DNA of 62,295 bases, counting the filler, from Basidioascus undulatus (lineage: Eukaryota), in NCBI GenBank assembly GCA_000826855.1. It is 6 parts of 6 records of this genome, joined end to end, with 100 filler letters (N's around TTAATTAATTAA, not from the genome) between each part and the next. Parts side by side here need not be neighbours in the genome. Positions count along the whole stretch, not along the records: positions 41,645 to 51,937 come from JTLS01001150.1; positions 52,038 to 62,295 come from JTLS01001151.1; 4 more parts are not named here. One strand, 5' to 3'. The position numbers and the translations under genes were made by a program. Below the pieces are notes generated by a model that worked only from the letters and a program-made list of their open reading frames with translations, was not told where the DNA came from and ran no database searches. Shown here piece by piece: positions 47,701-62,228 of the stretch. Position 1 is the first letter of the stretch. Every line of letters starts with the position of its first letter.

Positions 47701-48026
47701 GGTTATGGGGAGGTGTAGAGGAAAGGCTAGGGGGGTAGACGCACAGTTGCATCCCGGATCCAGTCATCGGTTTTCCCGTCGGGGCAGTTGACGGTTTGCT
47801 GTGAAACGCAAGTTCAGTCCGAATCGCAGTGCGCTGCGAGCAACGAAGCACGCACCGGTGCGTAGCTGTCGGAGCCACCAGACTGCCTGCGCTGCAAGTA
47901 CTTCCCAACAGCCTTCTTCGCCACGCGCCGCTGAAATTCTCGGCGCTCGATCTCCTGGGGGGGCGGTGCAGCGAGCGCGAGGGAGCCCAGAAGAGGCAGC
48001 GCGAGCAAGCCAGCTGCCGTGCGCAT
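44745..48026 (-). CDS. PLB1: Secreted/GPI-anchored lysophospholipase (phospholipase B), multi-exon
   Basis: Signal peptide; ALAFSGGGYRAMLNGAG, YIAGLSGGSW, DLWGRALSYHL, GFTVGTSSTLFN, LVDGGEALENIPLWPLL, AFDASADT..WPNG, CLACAIVKRS..CTQCYDQWCWDG; hydrophobic C-terminal GPI signal. Confidence 0.95.
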
Positions 48027-50217
48027 TTTGGGTGTGAGTGGGAGTATGCAGGATGTGGTGAAAGTTGGAAGAGGAGAAGAGAGGAACGAGGGTGGAGCCC
48101 GGCTCCGGTGGGGATTACATATGAAACCTTGGAGGAGGCGGGGCGGCGGGCGTGCTGGGCGGCAAGACGGCGACCGAGGAGGGGATGCGATGATGAGAAG
48201 TGTGAGAACGCCGGCCGGGGCAGCGTCATGCCGCCACGGTAAGGCACCGGCCGAAGGCTTGCCTTCTCATTGAAGTAAAGTTCATTGCCGAAGTTTGGAC
48301 ACAGGCGTCGAAGCTTGGAGAGGCGAAACATTGCGCAAATGCAAGATCGACGTGTGCACGACTCCACCTCGTCGTCGAACCATCTCCTACAGGGTGCGCC
48401 TAGTGCCTGCAGTGCCTGCTCGGCAATGCGCTTTTCACACCGCCGTTCTGTGGGAGAAATAATTTCAATGTACAGGTGCAGTTTGATGAAGATCACGCTC
48501 GAATTAGCAGCGCACGCGTGCGTACGAGAACCAAAAGGGGATGCAGCGGGCGGCGGGCGACTAGGCTGGCTGCGTCATCGCATGCGCCGCATCTTGCTCG
48601 TCGCTGACCGCGACGGTTGGAGGCTTGGGCGATCGCTGCCGCAACATTATTGTCAACATCCTTCGAAGGTGAAGATGCAATAGCGTACAGGCTATGTCTC
48701 ACGTTATAGGCATGCTGTGCCGTGGCTCAATGCCATCCAGTATGCTTGTTCATGTGGGTGAAAAGTTTGAAGGGATGGAACGTCGGAGATCCGAATAGTA
48801 CGCAGAGAGCTGCCCCAGCCATTTGGGGAGGTTTTCCTTTCTTTTAAAAAACAAAACACATCGAATGTACGCACTACTATCCAATACACACTTCCTTCGC
48901 CTATGATCGTTGCAGTTGTCCAAGCCAGTTAACCCTTAGCAGTCGCCTTTATGTTGATGCTCCTTCAAACTTCCAATAATATGCAAGCCGTAGTGCCGCT
49001 TAGACCTCCCAACTCTCCGAAGCTCTCCGTTCGGTGGCAATCTGTTTGTTGCCGCCAGTCCCATCCGATCTGAAAGTGTCAGAAGCATTGCTGTAGGGTA
49101 CCATTCGAAAACCTGCTTCGACCGTTGTGCAGGTAATGATACTATGAGTTAGAGGACTAGATTACAGGATGGAACAAGTACAGGACTCGTCGAGTTTCAG
49201 GGGGATCCGTATGGCAGAGGGGATTAGAGGGTTACCGTTGGATCTGCGCAATTGGACGGTACGACGGCTGCCGTAGCTTGTGCAGCCCCCGCAAGTCTCA
49301 ACTGAAATCAATTGAGAAAAAACCCGAAGTAATAGAGTAAAATTTCTCTTGAGAGTGGAGGATTGATTGCACTCAAGGGGGCAAGTTAGTTTCGCACATT
49401 CCTCGGCAACTCGCTGTCTCCCAGCTTTCACCCGAATCCGCTCTTTCACCGCACTATGGCACTTCCACTATCAACATAATTAAGCATGTCGACGTTCAGC
49501 TCTGCTTGGACCAAAGGCGATGAGCGGCTCTACCGCGAATGGGGCCTGCATACTACGTCGGCAGCAGACTTCACAGCCGAGCAGGCGCAAGCTACGGCGG
49601 TGTGGAAGAAGATGATCAGCGAGACCACCCACCAGTACTTCCGAGGACAGGGGCTCTGTTTGCTGCTCAGCTCCCGGTCAGTGGTGCGCGGCGGAGCAGT
49701 GCTGAGATAGTTGAGCAAGCAGACCGCGAACATCCGACTGGGTGAGTTGGGGCGCCACGGTTCGCCTGGCGACCCAACGCGACGCCTGGAGAGGAGTCGC
49801 GTAACGAGGCGGGTACGTTCCCCACCTGTTCTTCCCGAGGCGACCTTGGATCTGCCGCCTTTGACAAACCCCATTCATAGTGACATTCGACCCAGAACAG
49901 CCTCCCTAGCTCACCCAGTCCGAGTCCACCGACATCCCCAGCTGGCCGTCACCCGCCCTCTCAGAGTCGACCTCTTCCGCGGCGGTCCTTTTGTCCTCGC
50001 CGCTCTCATCACCCCCTGTGAAGCCGCGACGGCCCTTTACCACAGACGACGCTGTTCGACATGTACATTCTTCGAACTCCCGGCCGAGATAGATGGCGGT
50101 TTTTATGTGTGCGGTATGCCACTGCGCAAAAACCCTCGCAACCAACCAGCACAAGCTCCAAAAAGCTTAGTCGCAGATTTCTATTCTTTCCTCCCATCTC
50201 CGGCGCATCCCTCACGC

Positions 50218-51937
50218 TCAAGCACTCCTGACCTTCTTGCCCTTCTTCACCTTGGCCTTCCCCGCGCCCGCCCCGGCAACCCGCTTCCTCCGCTTCCCGC
50301 CCTCGAACGCCTTGGCGCTCTTGAAGTCCCGGCCGAGGATGTCCTCCTTCTTGACCTCGTAGATCCGGACCTGCGTACATCCATCCCTTGTCAGCGATCG
50401 GGGAAGGATGTGGTTAGAAGACGAGGAAAGCAAGAAGACGCACCAGCCAATTCTCCGAAGTGAACGCCTCCTCGAGCGAGTCGAGCTGCGGGCCCTGCGC
50501 AGGCATGCGCGCCTGGCGTACGCGGTCGACGACCTGGCGCCCGCCGAAGAGGTCCGCGAAGCGGTGGTACGACATCTTGTACCTGTTGATGACATCCAAG
50601 CGGCCTGGATCAGTACGTGTGGGGAGGGAAGAGAGACGGAAGACATGGGCGCAGACGCACATCAGGCTGTTCTGCATTGCCGGGCTCGCGTCCGCGTCGA
50701 CCTTGTACTCGCCGCGCTGGGTAAAGTAGTCGCGCTCCCTGATCTCGTCCGGCCAGACGCCCTCGGCGATGCGGACCATCCACTGTTGCCGCATCACAAT
50801 CAGCCCGACGCCCGCGTCAGTCTTGTTTCTCGCATCGCGCAGGCACACAGGAAGACTGTGATGAGAGAACAAAAGGTGTGGAAGAGCATGCGAGCCCCTC
50901 GCACGCCGGAAAAGAGAAAGAGGGAAGGGAGAACGGAATAGAACACAAGCCGAAGGGGCCGGGGGTAAAGAGCAAAGCCCAAAGAGCAAAGCTCAATAGA
51001 AGCGTTGAGAAGAGGAGGGGAAGAGACTGGTAAGAAGGACGAAAAGACGCACCAAGAACTTGTTGATATCGTCGCCCGAGTACCCGAGCAGCCCGCCAAA
51101 GATGACGAGCACGTGCGTGACGTCGTGCTTGCGCAGGATCGGGTAGGCAACCTCCTCGCGCGAGGACATGATCTTGCCGACCGTGGCGATCTGCGTGCGT
51201 GCGTGCGTGCGTCAGCACTTACGTCCCGCGGAGGTTGGGGAGAAGAGGGGACGGACGTGGGTGTTGTTCCAGCTGTGGGTGGAGTGGGTCGTTTAACGCG
51301 CATAGGAAGGCAGGAAGGAGATAGGAAGGGGAACGCACGTGTTGTTGTCCACCAGAGTCGTCCGGCCCGCCATGCCCGCAATCTTTCACGTCCGATCGCC
51401 CGGTCAACCACAATACACACAATTGCCAGGCACGAAAGTTAAGCCCAAGCCACGCACCTGGTACCCGTAGTCCCACCAGCTAGCAATGACCGCGTCCTCT
51501 GGCGTAGTCTGGTTGATCCAGTTGCTGCCCGCCCACCCCACCAATCAGCCTCCCTACCCTTTCCTCTCTCCCTCTCCTCCTCGGCGCGACTCACTAAGCC
51601 TCCCTAAAGTCATCGATGATATGCTGGTTCCCGTCGGCCCCGCGCGTAGCGAGCACGACGCTTGGGCTGGAGTACGCCTGCGCAGTGACCCATGTGCAGT
51701 GCATCACAAACAGGCTCAAGAGCAGCCCCACGACGGTGAGGACCACCCCGCGCGTGTCCTTGCCGTACACGCCGACGTCGACGGCCTTCACGCGGCCGAT
51801 GAAGAGTCCCTTGGCCGTGTCGAGCGGGGAGGCGGCAGCGTCCGCGGCGGCGGCGGCGACGGCGGCCTTTTTCGCGGCCTTCTTGGAGAGAGAGCCGGTG
51901 GGGGTGGGGGTGGGGGGGGAAGCGGAGTCGGGCACGG
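50218..51937 (-). CDS. STT3: Oligosaccharyltransferase catalytic subunit, 3' part; 5' end lost at gap
   Basis: [89 protein letters not shown]. Confidence 0.97.
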
Positions 51938-52037
51938 NNNNNNNNNNNNNNNNNNNNNNNNNNNNNNNNNNNNNNNNNNNNTTAATTAATTAANNNNNNN
52001 NNNNNNNNNNNNNNNNNNNNNNNNNNNNNNNNNNNNN
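51938..52037. other. Artificial contig spacer
   Basis: N44-TTAATTAATTAA-N44. Confidence 0.99.
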
Positions 52038-52113
52038 TCCGATCTGGGGAGGAAAGGCGGGGGAAGGAAAGGCGGGGGAGGGAAAGGAGGGGGAGGGAGA
52101 GAGGAGAGACGCA

Positions 52114-53235
<1,122 letters not shown>

Positions 53236-53549
53236 TCAGCTGCGTGCTCAAAGGGGCGGAGGCGAGGGCGACAGCTGGCTGGGACAGGAGGGCGCTGCGG
53301 GCGGCGCTGTGAGATGGCCTCGCGGGATGCTCAGCGCTGGGAAAGGGCTGATATTCGACAGAGGATGAGAAATGTGGTCGTATGAGAGCGGTGACTGCGA
53401 AAGTGAATGTCCAAGTGATAGTATGGCCAGCGGGAGAGCCCAAGTAACGTGCGCGACCGTAACGCCGGCCTGGCACCCTTCGCGCTGCCGCTGAACCTCA
53501 ACCAACTCTCGCACTCTACACTTTCACCGTGCATTTCACATCCACATAA

Positions 53550-56500
53550 ATGTCGACCTCACAGCCACTACCGGTGTCGACGTCGACCACGTTTCTTGGC
53601 GACCTCCTCTCCCAGGCGCGCGGCCTTAACACCCACCTCGCCCGCCCCGACCTCCCCCAGATCCAGTTTGGGCTCGACGAGGTCGAGAACCAGAGCCGCA
53701 AGCTCGTAAACAAACAGCGCGGGGAGGTCGACAGCAGGGCGTGAGTTCCTTTCAGTGGGGAAGGTTTGCGGGTGGAGGCAGCTGCTGAGGTGGGCGCGGG
53801 GCGCAGACACTACCTCCTTGCGAGCGGAGGCTTGAACGCGAGCGAGCTCGCGCAGAAGATCGGGGGCGTCAATGCCAACTTGGCTGCGACCTTCGAGCCC
53901 CTCCAGCCGCTGCACGACAACGATGTCGAGGTGCGTACGCGTATCCATCTTATTCATGCACATTTCTGACAAAGACCTGTTGCAGGGCTACCTCCGGCAC
54001 GAGCACGAGCAGATCATCGTGTCTGCCATCGAGGAAGGCCGGCGCGAGGTCCGTCTTCTTCCCCGCCCCTGCCTTGCTTCGACACGCTGCAGAACTGATA
54101 GAGTGGGACTGGGTGATTCTCAGACCCTCAACGACTTCTATACCACCCTCTCCTCCAACATGCAGCGCGACTGGGAGCGCCGTAAGCGCGCCATCTTTGA
54201 CGAGCTAGGGCAGCACGCGAACGCTTCCCCCGACGCGCTCGGCGAGTCCTCCTTCGGGCGGAGCACGCGTTCCCGGACCGCCGCCGTTCGTTGCCCATCC
54301 CCCATCCCACACCCTCTCCCCCCTAGCTCACCCCCTCCGCGCAGGCCGAAGCCCTCCCCTCCGCGCCCTCCACCCTCGCGATGCACACGCGCATGATGGC
54401 GTACGACGGCGTCGTCAAGCGGCTGAACGAGTACCGGCTGCAGGGTTACAACTTCGGGCTCGTCTCCACCTTCCACGACGCGACGCGTCAGCTCGCGCAG
54501 ACGGACCAGCGCGCGGCGGGGACCCTCGAGTGCTGGGCCCTCTTGCAGCACACGCTGCGCGAGCGCGCCGTCATCGGGGGCGAGTTCCAGCGCGCGGCGC
54601 TCAAGGAGCGGGAGTACGCGGGCGCGTACTTGAGGAGCGAACAGGAGAGCGAGGAGGCTAGGGGGCTCAGGAGGAGCTGGGCGGAGGGCGCGAGAGAGTT
54701 TTTGGAGGAGCAGTGAGTCTGGCTTCGCGCGCTGTCCTGGGATCTGGCGGGATGGGGGACGCTGGCTGGACTGGGGCTGAAGATGGCGCTCGCAGGTTTA
54801 CCAAGCACGTCGAGAAGCTCATCATGCAGTACCCCGCACAAGCGGAGGTCGGCGGCGTCCCGAGCATCCATAACAAAATCCGCGGGTACATCAACATCAA
54901 GTACCGCAAAGGCGGTCAATGGTCCGACCCAAAGCTCGAGGTTCGTTCCTGACCTGCTGGGGTGCTGGCGGTATGCTGAGGCGGTAGACATGCGAACAGA
55001 TCATCGGCGGCCAACCGCTTTGGGCGACGCTCTTCCTTCTCCTTCGGTCGGGGCACCCTCACGAGGCCCTTGAGCTCGCCGCGCAGTCTGAAGACGCGCT
55101 TCCTCGCCCCGAGCGCGAGTTCGTCCCGTACTTCAAGGCCTGGCTGGACTCTCCGGACCGGCGGTACGTCTCCCAGTCTGTTTTCCTTTCTCCACATTGA
55201 GCTGAAAGGGCATACTCGCGTCCCCCAGCCTGCCGAAGCAGCTGCGCGACCGCTTCCTAGCGACGTACAATACGCGCATCAGGTTCGCCGCGGAGGGCGG
55301 GTCGATCGACCCGTACAAGCACGCGCTCTACAAGCTCATCGGGCGCGCCGAGCTCTCGCGGCGGAACCTGCCCATCGTGACGCAGACGACGGAGGACTGG
55401 CTCTGGCTGCAGCTCGCGCTCGTGCGCGAATCCGCGCCGGGCGAGGACCCGCCCGCGGAGCAGTTCGGCCTCCGCGAGCTCGCTGCGCTGCTCGTCCGCT
55501 TTGGGGCGAACCACTTTGATCCGAAGGGGAACGCGCCGGTGAAGTACTTCAAGGTACTGCTGCTTAGCGGGCAGTATGAGCGGGTGAGTTTTGGGGTTTG
55601 GGTGGTGCGAGGGGTGGGAGAGGCTGCTGATAAAGGAGGGAGGGAATGGTAGGCCATCGCTTTCCTCTACAACACCTCCCAGCACCAGGTCGACTCCGTC
55701 CAGTTCGCCGTCGCGCTCGCGTACTACGGTCTCCTCCGCGTGCCCGAAAAATCCCAAACGTCCGAGATCGAGCTCCGTGCGTCTCTTCTCTCTCTCTCTC
55801 CTCTCCTCTCTCAACCTCCCTCCGCTCATCACCGCCTCCGCACGCACGCTCCAGTGACCCTTGACGCCTCTGGCCAGCCCGCGCTCGACTTCGCGCGCAT
55901 CCTTCACCGCTACACGCGCCTCTTCGCGCGCTCCGATCCCTACGAGGCGCTCCAGTACCTGTACCTCATCTGCCTGAGCGCGGACGCCCCCCCCCCCATC
56001 GGCGAGCAGCAGGTCGCGCTCTGCCACGCGTACATTAAGGACCTCGTCCTCGAGACGCGGGCGTACGCGCAGCTCCTCGGCGACATCAAGCAGGACGGGT
56101 CAAAGGTAGTGAGTCCGCCCGCCCGTGGTCGTTTCTCCCGATCTCCGGTTCTCTCTGCGCCGATGGTGATGTGGTGTGTGCGGTGGGATGCAGCCCGGCG
56201 CGATCGAGCGCGACCTCAAGCTCATCCGCCTGCGGGACGAGCGCGAGTACCTCCTGAACATCGTGAAGGCCGCGGCGGCGCGCGCGGAGTCAGAGAAGCG
56301 CGTGTCGGACGCGATTCTGCTGTACAACCTCGCAGACGAGTACGACACGGTCGTGGCGGTCCTGAACCGCGAGCTGGGCGCGTCCCTCGCCCAGCCGGCC
56401 TCGGCGCACGTCCAGCCCCCGCCGATGCCGCAGGGAAGCCTCGCTGCGACGGACGACATTGTTGCGCTTGCAAGGAGCATCCTCGACCACTATGTCCGTA

Positions 56501-57123
56501 CCGCGCGCATCGCGCACCGCGTTAGCCAGAGGAACCGCGAGACGTGCGCGGTCCTCCTCCGCCTTAAGGAGGCGATGGCGACGTACGAGGAGGGCGCGCT
56601 CGAGGCGGCGCTATCGGTGAGTCGCTGCCGATCTGCTTCATCGTGGCTTCTGTTTGGGTGTGGGGCGTTCGCGCTGATGAGGGCGCTGCGGCGGGGTGGG
56701 ACGGCAGATCATCGAGGAAGTGAACCTCCTCCCGCTCGACGGCGAGCTCGTGACGATCAAGCGCAAGGCCGAGGAGTTCAAGGACGTCGACGAGCCCATC
56801 GCCCGCAACTTTTCCGACATCCTCCTCGTCACCATGAACATCCTCTACAAGATCTACGTCCTCCTCAAGGAGTCGCCGTATGGCGACGCGAGTCGGCAGA
56901 ACGTGCGTCCCATTTCCTTCCTTTCCTTTCCGTCCCTGCCCGGCTCGCAGGCGGATGTGGAGCTGATACCGTGGGTGGATGGGTGGACGGGTGGACGCTA
57001 CAGAAGCTCGCGCAGATCAGGGCAAAGGCGCGCGCAGTGCACGTCTTTGCCGGCATGCTCAAGTTCCGGATCTCGGGCGACGTCTTCCAGCAGATCAACA
57101 GGCTCGACGTAATGATGACCTGA
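53550..57123 (+). CDS. NIC96: Nucleoporin Nup93/Nic96, multi-exon
   Basis: DLPQIQFGLDEVENQSRKL, HYLLASGG, YLRHEHEQIIVSAIEE, DWERRKRAIFDELG, AREFLEEQF, AEVGGVP, DPYKHALYKLIGR, TTEDWLWLQL, VLLLSGQYERAI, ALQYLYLI, FAGMLKFRI. Confidence 0.95.
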
Positions 57124-57779
57124 GGGGAGGGGAGGGGAATGGAGCTTGCTTGCGCAGTATACACCACATCATCGATCTGCACTATTGTATTGGGACCTGA
57201 TGTTTGATGCGGTTGAGATGAGATGAGGCTGGGGTGAACGCACGCTGACGCGTATGCGACATCAGAAGACGTGTTCGAGCTTTCTTAGATGTGAACATAG
57301 ACATAGAGCACTCGAATACCGCCTGCTAGTTGCTACAGGCGGTACTCCTGCCTCGCAATGCCAGGCTGCGATGTTGGCTGGTAAAGAAATTCTCAAGCGC
57401 GAGCGCTTGACCGCCGTCGCGCGCGCGGCCGTCGTGCTCGCGTTTCACCACCCCCCGCTATCCTTGGCCACCGCTTCATTTACCGTATACCCTTCATTAT
57501 CACCCTGATCCACGCGCATCATGACGCCGTACCAGCTCCGTAGTGCGCTTGCCACAGCGGCAGAACGCTCGGGGATGCGTGAGGGCGCTATACCCATGAT
57601 CCGCATTTACTCACTTTGTGAGCCTCTTGCTTTCGATCGACCTCCGCATCCCAAGTCCCTCTTGGGTTCACATCAACTCCCGCTCGATATTCGATAATCG
57701 CGACGGACGGACGCGTCGCGCACACACTCTTTAATCTCACTCTCTGGCCCTCCGCGAGGCACCAGCGCACCCGACGAGG

Positions 57780-58716
57780 ATGCCCTCTTCCCGGACACTC
57801 CTTCCCCTCCTGCTCCTCTTCTCCCCCTTCTCATCCGCAACCGCCAACCACCATAAGCCCCTCCCGCTCCGGAAACACCACGCGCTCGTCGTCCCGCGCC
57901 AGCAAGCCGCGGGCAGCGTGTCGCTGCCGACGCCCTCCGCATGCTCCGCGTCTTGCGAACCGGTCTCCTCGTCGCTGACGGTTTGCGGAGGCACGGACGA
58001 CACGTGCCTGTGTGAGGATAGCCTTCTGAGCGGGATGAAGGCGTGTCTCGACTGCTCGAAGGGCGTTGTAGCGCAGGGAGAGGTCACGCAGGACCAGATC
58101 GATCAGGCTGACGGTGCCTACCAGGGTGAGTAGTCGCGTCTTCTTTTTGCCTCTCCCTTCTCTCCTGTTGCGGGCGCAACACGAACAAGCACCCGGCTGA
58201 CGCACACGGGAGTTCTCAGGCCTGGCAAACCACTGCGCCGCACGCAGCTCGACCAACTCAAGCTCGCCCCGCCCAATCCTCCTCAACCCCGCCAGCTCCA
58301 CCGGGGCCGCGGCCGCTGGAGTGTCCCAGACGACGTCCCTCCCCTCCACGCTGCTCTCCAACCCGTCCGTCACGGCCTCCGCCCCGCCCGTTGCGTCCAC
58401 GCTCCCAACCAGGCTCATGCTCAACCCCAACGCCCCTGCCGAGACGTCTTCCTCCTCGTCCGCGACGATCCGGAGCACCAGCAGCAGCAGCAGCAGCAGC
58501 GCCGCCGGCGGGGGCGCGACGCGCGCCGCGGAGCCGACCATCACGGGCGGTGGGGCCGTGCTCGGCCCCAACGGGCACTTGATTCGGCCTGTCGAGGGCG
58601 GGGACGCGAGCAGCGGGACGGAGACGGTCGATTCTGCGGCTGTCCGGCAGCCTTCGCCGATTGCCTGGCTAGCGGCTGCGGGCGCGGCGATGGTAGCGGG
58701 ATGGGCTCTCGCTTGA
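57780..58716 (+). CDS. Secreted, probably GPI-anchored Cys-rich (CFEM-like) Ser/Thr-rich surface protein, 2 exons
   Basis: Signal peptide; CSASC...C...DDTCLC...CLDC...C domain; S/T/P-rich stalk; hydrophobic C-terminus WLAAAGAAMVAGWALA*. Confidence 0.8.
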
Positions 58717-59883
58717 CGCGAGGAGTTGGAAGGGGCGGCATGCATCACATTGTTCAACCAAACAAGGACATGACTGGCAGTCGAACACTTGGCCATCTGA
58801 ACACTGACAGGAAATACTTCGCAAAGTCCGCAAGATGTACACTTGCGCCCATGGGAAAAGAACGAAACGGAAGAGAAGTAATAAAGGCAGATCTGTTAAG
58901 CGCGCTTAGACAGCACATGTGGAACGTACCCAAGTCAGAAGTGCGTCAAGCCTGACGGGCTTTCGATACGCGAGAGGAACCACGGCCCTCGCGATGGAGC
59001 AGTAAGGTAGCATTCAAGTCGTGTTGCGTCCATGAACCGGGTAAGAACATCGCTGGCAGTCAGGCGCCCTGCCATCTTTGCATACCCTCTTTCTGAAGCA
59101 AGAGCGTTGGCGGGTCCCGGTTGGTGGCAGGTAGGTGCCTCGCAGCGTTCGTTCGCTGAGCGTCCGCCGTCAGCTCCGGCGTCGCCGGGTTATAGTCCAC
59201 AAACCGTGACAAGCTTCAGGACGCTGTGGCATATGGCCCGTCAAGCAAGAAGTTGTCACGATAGATGTGAATGTGTAGGGAAGATCGAATGTATGGGATG
59301 CCGGGTTGAACGATGGGCAATCGGGGCATGGTGAAGATGCAAGCGGAACCTCCTCCGACCCCAAAGCATCATCAAGGTTGACCGTCGTCCAAGCCAGATG
59401 CTCCATCCATGGTGAGCCATGAACTGGCAATGCGTACCTGCGAAGACCATGTGCATCTGCTCAACGCCCGGAAGACCTGATTCCGGAATGATCGGCGACG
59501 ACAGCAGATCGAAAAGCGCGCATCGGCCGAGGGTCGTGGATAGGGAGAAGAGGCGCTGGATTGAACGGTGTTGCTGTTGCAGACCTCGCCGTATACCGGG
59601 TCATACACTGGCGGGTTTCGGGAGGAAAGAAAACAGAGGAGAATGACACGCGTACGTGATGGTGGACGGAGTAATGTGGCGATTCAAGACAGACGAAACG
59701 CTGGCCTTGAAGCTCGAAGCTCCGCCGCGCGATTCCCCCAGGTCTGAAGCTGTTTCCCGCCTCGCCGCCCTTTTCAGCCCCTCTTTTTTCGACATCCACC
59801 ACCATCCTATCCTCGAAATCACAGTCATTCGTCATTTTCGCCGCAGTCTTTCTGTATTCTATTATACACATCAGAGCACCCAA

Positions 59884-62228
59884 ATGCTCTCCGACTATAC
59901 GTACTACCTTTCCCAAGCCCTGCCCGACCGGTCTGCACTGGAATCCTCTCTCGGGACCTGGGGCGGCGTCCTAGCTGGTTCGGTCGGCGAGGCGTCTTTC
60001 GTCGTCGTCGATCCGGACACGTCCGAGGGCGCTGAGCTTGTAAGCCGCCTGGGCTGGCTGCCGCAAAAGGACGCAAAGAAGGGCGCCTATCGGGGGACGT
60101 GCGTCACCGCCAAGTGGGTGTGGACTCAGCTCGAGCATACGCTCGAGGACGCGGTGGAGAAGATGGAGCTTAGGGTGCTTGCTGCCGGAGGTGACGCGGG
60201 AGACATCCTGGAATCGGTTCGTGCCATATTCGCAAACTACGTGGTGAACTCTCAGCAAGGACTGACCGGGCCGGGCTGTTTTTCATCGTGTAGTTTTCGG
60301 ACTGCGACGAGATGGACGAGGACCTCATACCTCTCTGCCCTTTTCTTCCCGAAGTATGCCGATTCTTTTTAACGATACCTCTAGCGACGCGACGATTGCG
60401 GACGTGCGCTGACGCTGCTGCACCGAAGAGCTCGACTGCACCGATTTACGCTCTTCGCAACCGAGCAGATCTCAACAACCACTCGCACCCATCATCCTCC
60501 AATCCCCTACGCGTACGACTCGTCTTACGCTCCTCCTCTCTCACGCCCCGCCAACACGCCCACCTCTTCTCTCCATACCCCTCCAAGCCCCCCTCGTCGC
60601 GCGCGCCTTCCGAAGCGTCTGCCAAGCCCTCGGCTCGCAAAGGCGTCGACGCCGATGGCGTCCGAACCGACTTTGACGAGAAAGTCGCAGCTGGCGAGGA
60701 TGGCCGGCCGGCATGGTGTCCTATTGTGGGGTGCGAGCGGCATTACAAGGGCGAGTCTCTCGTTCATTCTTTCACGTCCTACCCCATTGTTTCCTTTGAT
60801 ACTAACCTCAGGTTATGCGGATGTAGATTCGAAGGGACTGAGCCAACACTTCCGCCGCGCCGGCCATCACGGACTGCTCGCGCGCCAGCTATGGGCGAAG
60901 CTCAAGAGGGCTGGACGACTGCCGTCGCACCTCTTCGCCGCGCCGGAGTCCCCTGAGAGGGATTCGACACCGACAAAGCTGGAGAATCCTGAAGAGAAGT
61001 CTCCTAAGAAGCGCCGGCTCCCCTTGCCCGTCAGCGTGCGTTGTTCACGGTCCTTGCGCGACCCGAGAGCCACTGACCTGTTGCGGATCGCAGGATCCGA
61101 CGTTGCCTTCTCCCGGACCGGCCGCGGCTGCGACGTCCTGGGCTATCCTTTCATCAGATCAAACAGATCAAGCAGCAGTGAGCATTATTTGGTCGGTCCA
61201 CGCTCTGGATACTGAAGCCGACGCGACAGGCGCCAGCTACCGTTACAACCTCCGGCATGGTGCGCAGCCACGCCTGCCCCGTCTGTGGAAAGTCTTACTT
61301 GATGGAGAAGAAGCTGGTGCGTTTTGTATGAACTGAGATTCCAGGCCTTCGAGCAGCGCGCTGACCCTTCTCGACCGCAGCGCACGCACATGCTCAAGCC
61401 CGCCTGCGCCGAGCGGCTGCCGTCGGCGGACGTGCAGAAGCTGCAGAACGGCCAACGTGAGGCAGTCTTTGTGGGTATTTGCAGGCTGCCTGATCTGAAA
61501 TTTGGAACAGTGCCTTCCCAACTCCGCGACAACAAGCTCGAGCGTCTCCCAAGCCCGGCATCGGTAATGGGCTCTGCTGCGCCTCCACAGGCTGCTGCTC
61601 CTTCCCCGCCCGAGCCGATGGAGGACGACGAAGAAGACCAACTTAAGGAGGAGCCGTCCGATGTGGAAGAGAAGGTAAGTCTCTTAGTCGTCCCCCGCTC
61701 AAAACGATGTCGGCTGACAGCGGCACCTTTGACCTGCACCTTCCAGTCCGACGACCGTTCCACGCCCGACTCGATGCTGTCCTCGGCACTCCCGCCCTCC
61801 ATGCGCAACTTCGCCAGCCCCGCACCAGCCCTCGGCCTGCGGCGCATCACCTCTACCCCCGCATCCTTGGCACCGCCGACCATGCCCCTTCCCCGTCTCC
61901 CGAAGTTCGCCCTGCCCTCGGCCTCCCCCTCGGCAGCCCCCTCGACCCCGAACCCGACGCTGAGCACGCCCACGGGCGACCTCCGCCCGTTCAAGTGCCC
62001 AAATCCGAGCTGCGCCAAGAGCTGGAAGAACAAGAACGGACTGGTGAGTTGGCCTGTCGCCTCTCGGCATGAAGTTGGTGGTTGACACGGTGAAGGGGGA
62101 TGCATCGGGAATAGAAATACCACCTCAACCACGGGAACTGCAACGGCGTCCTGTCGAGCATGAGCCGCGACGACGCGAACGCGCTCGAGCGGCCCTTCAT
62201 GTGCCCCGTGCCAGGCTGCAACAAGCGT
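59884..62228 (+). CDS. Zinc-finger protein with N-terminal BRCT-like domain and Sfp1-type C2H2 fingers; 3' end not resolved
   Basis: YYLSQALPDRSALESSLGTWGG...FVVVDP...CVTAKWV (BRCT-like); fingers CPIVGCERHYKDSKGLSQH, CPVCGKSYLMEKKLRTHMLKPAC, RPFKCPNPSCAKSWKNKNGLKYHLNHGNC, RPFMCPVPGCNKR. Confidence 0.75.

Noticed and set aside
49486..49990. Possible gene MSTFSSAWTKGDERLYREWG...
   Set aside because: Interrupted by a stop at 49708-49710 and no family recognised; may be a relic but cannot be supported.
12320..51937. Glycosylation gene cluster (GT15, CWH41, STT3), or phosphate cluster (PHM7-type, PHO81)
   Set aside because: STT3, PHO81 and the OSCA gene lie on different concatenated contigs; only GT15 and CWH41 share a contig, and GT15 is a pseudogene.
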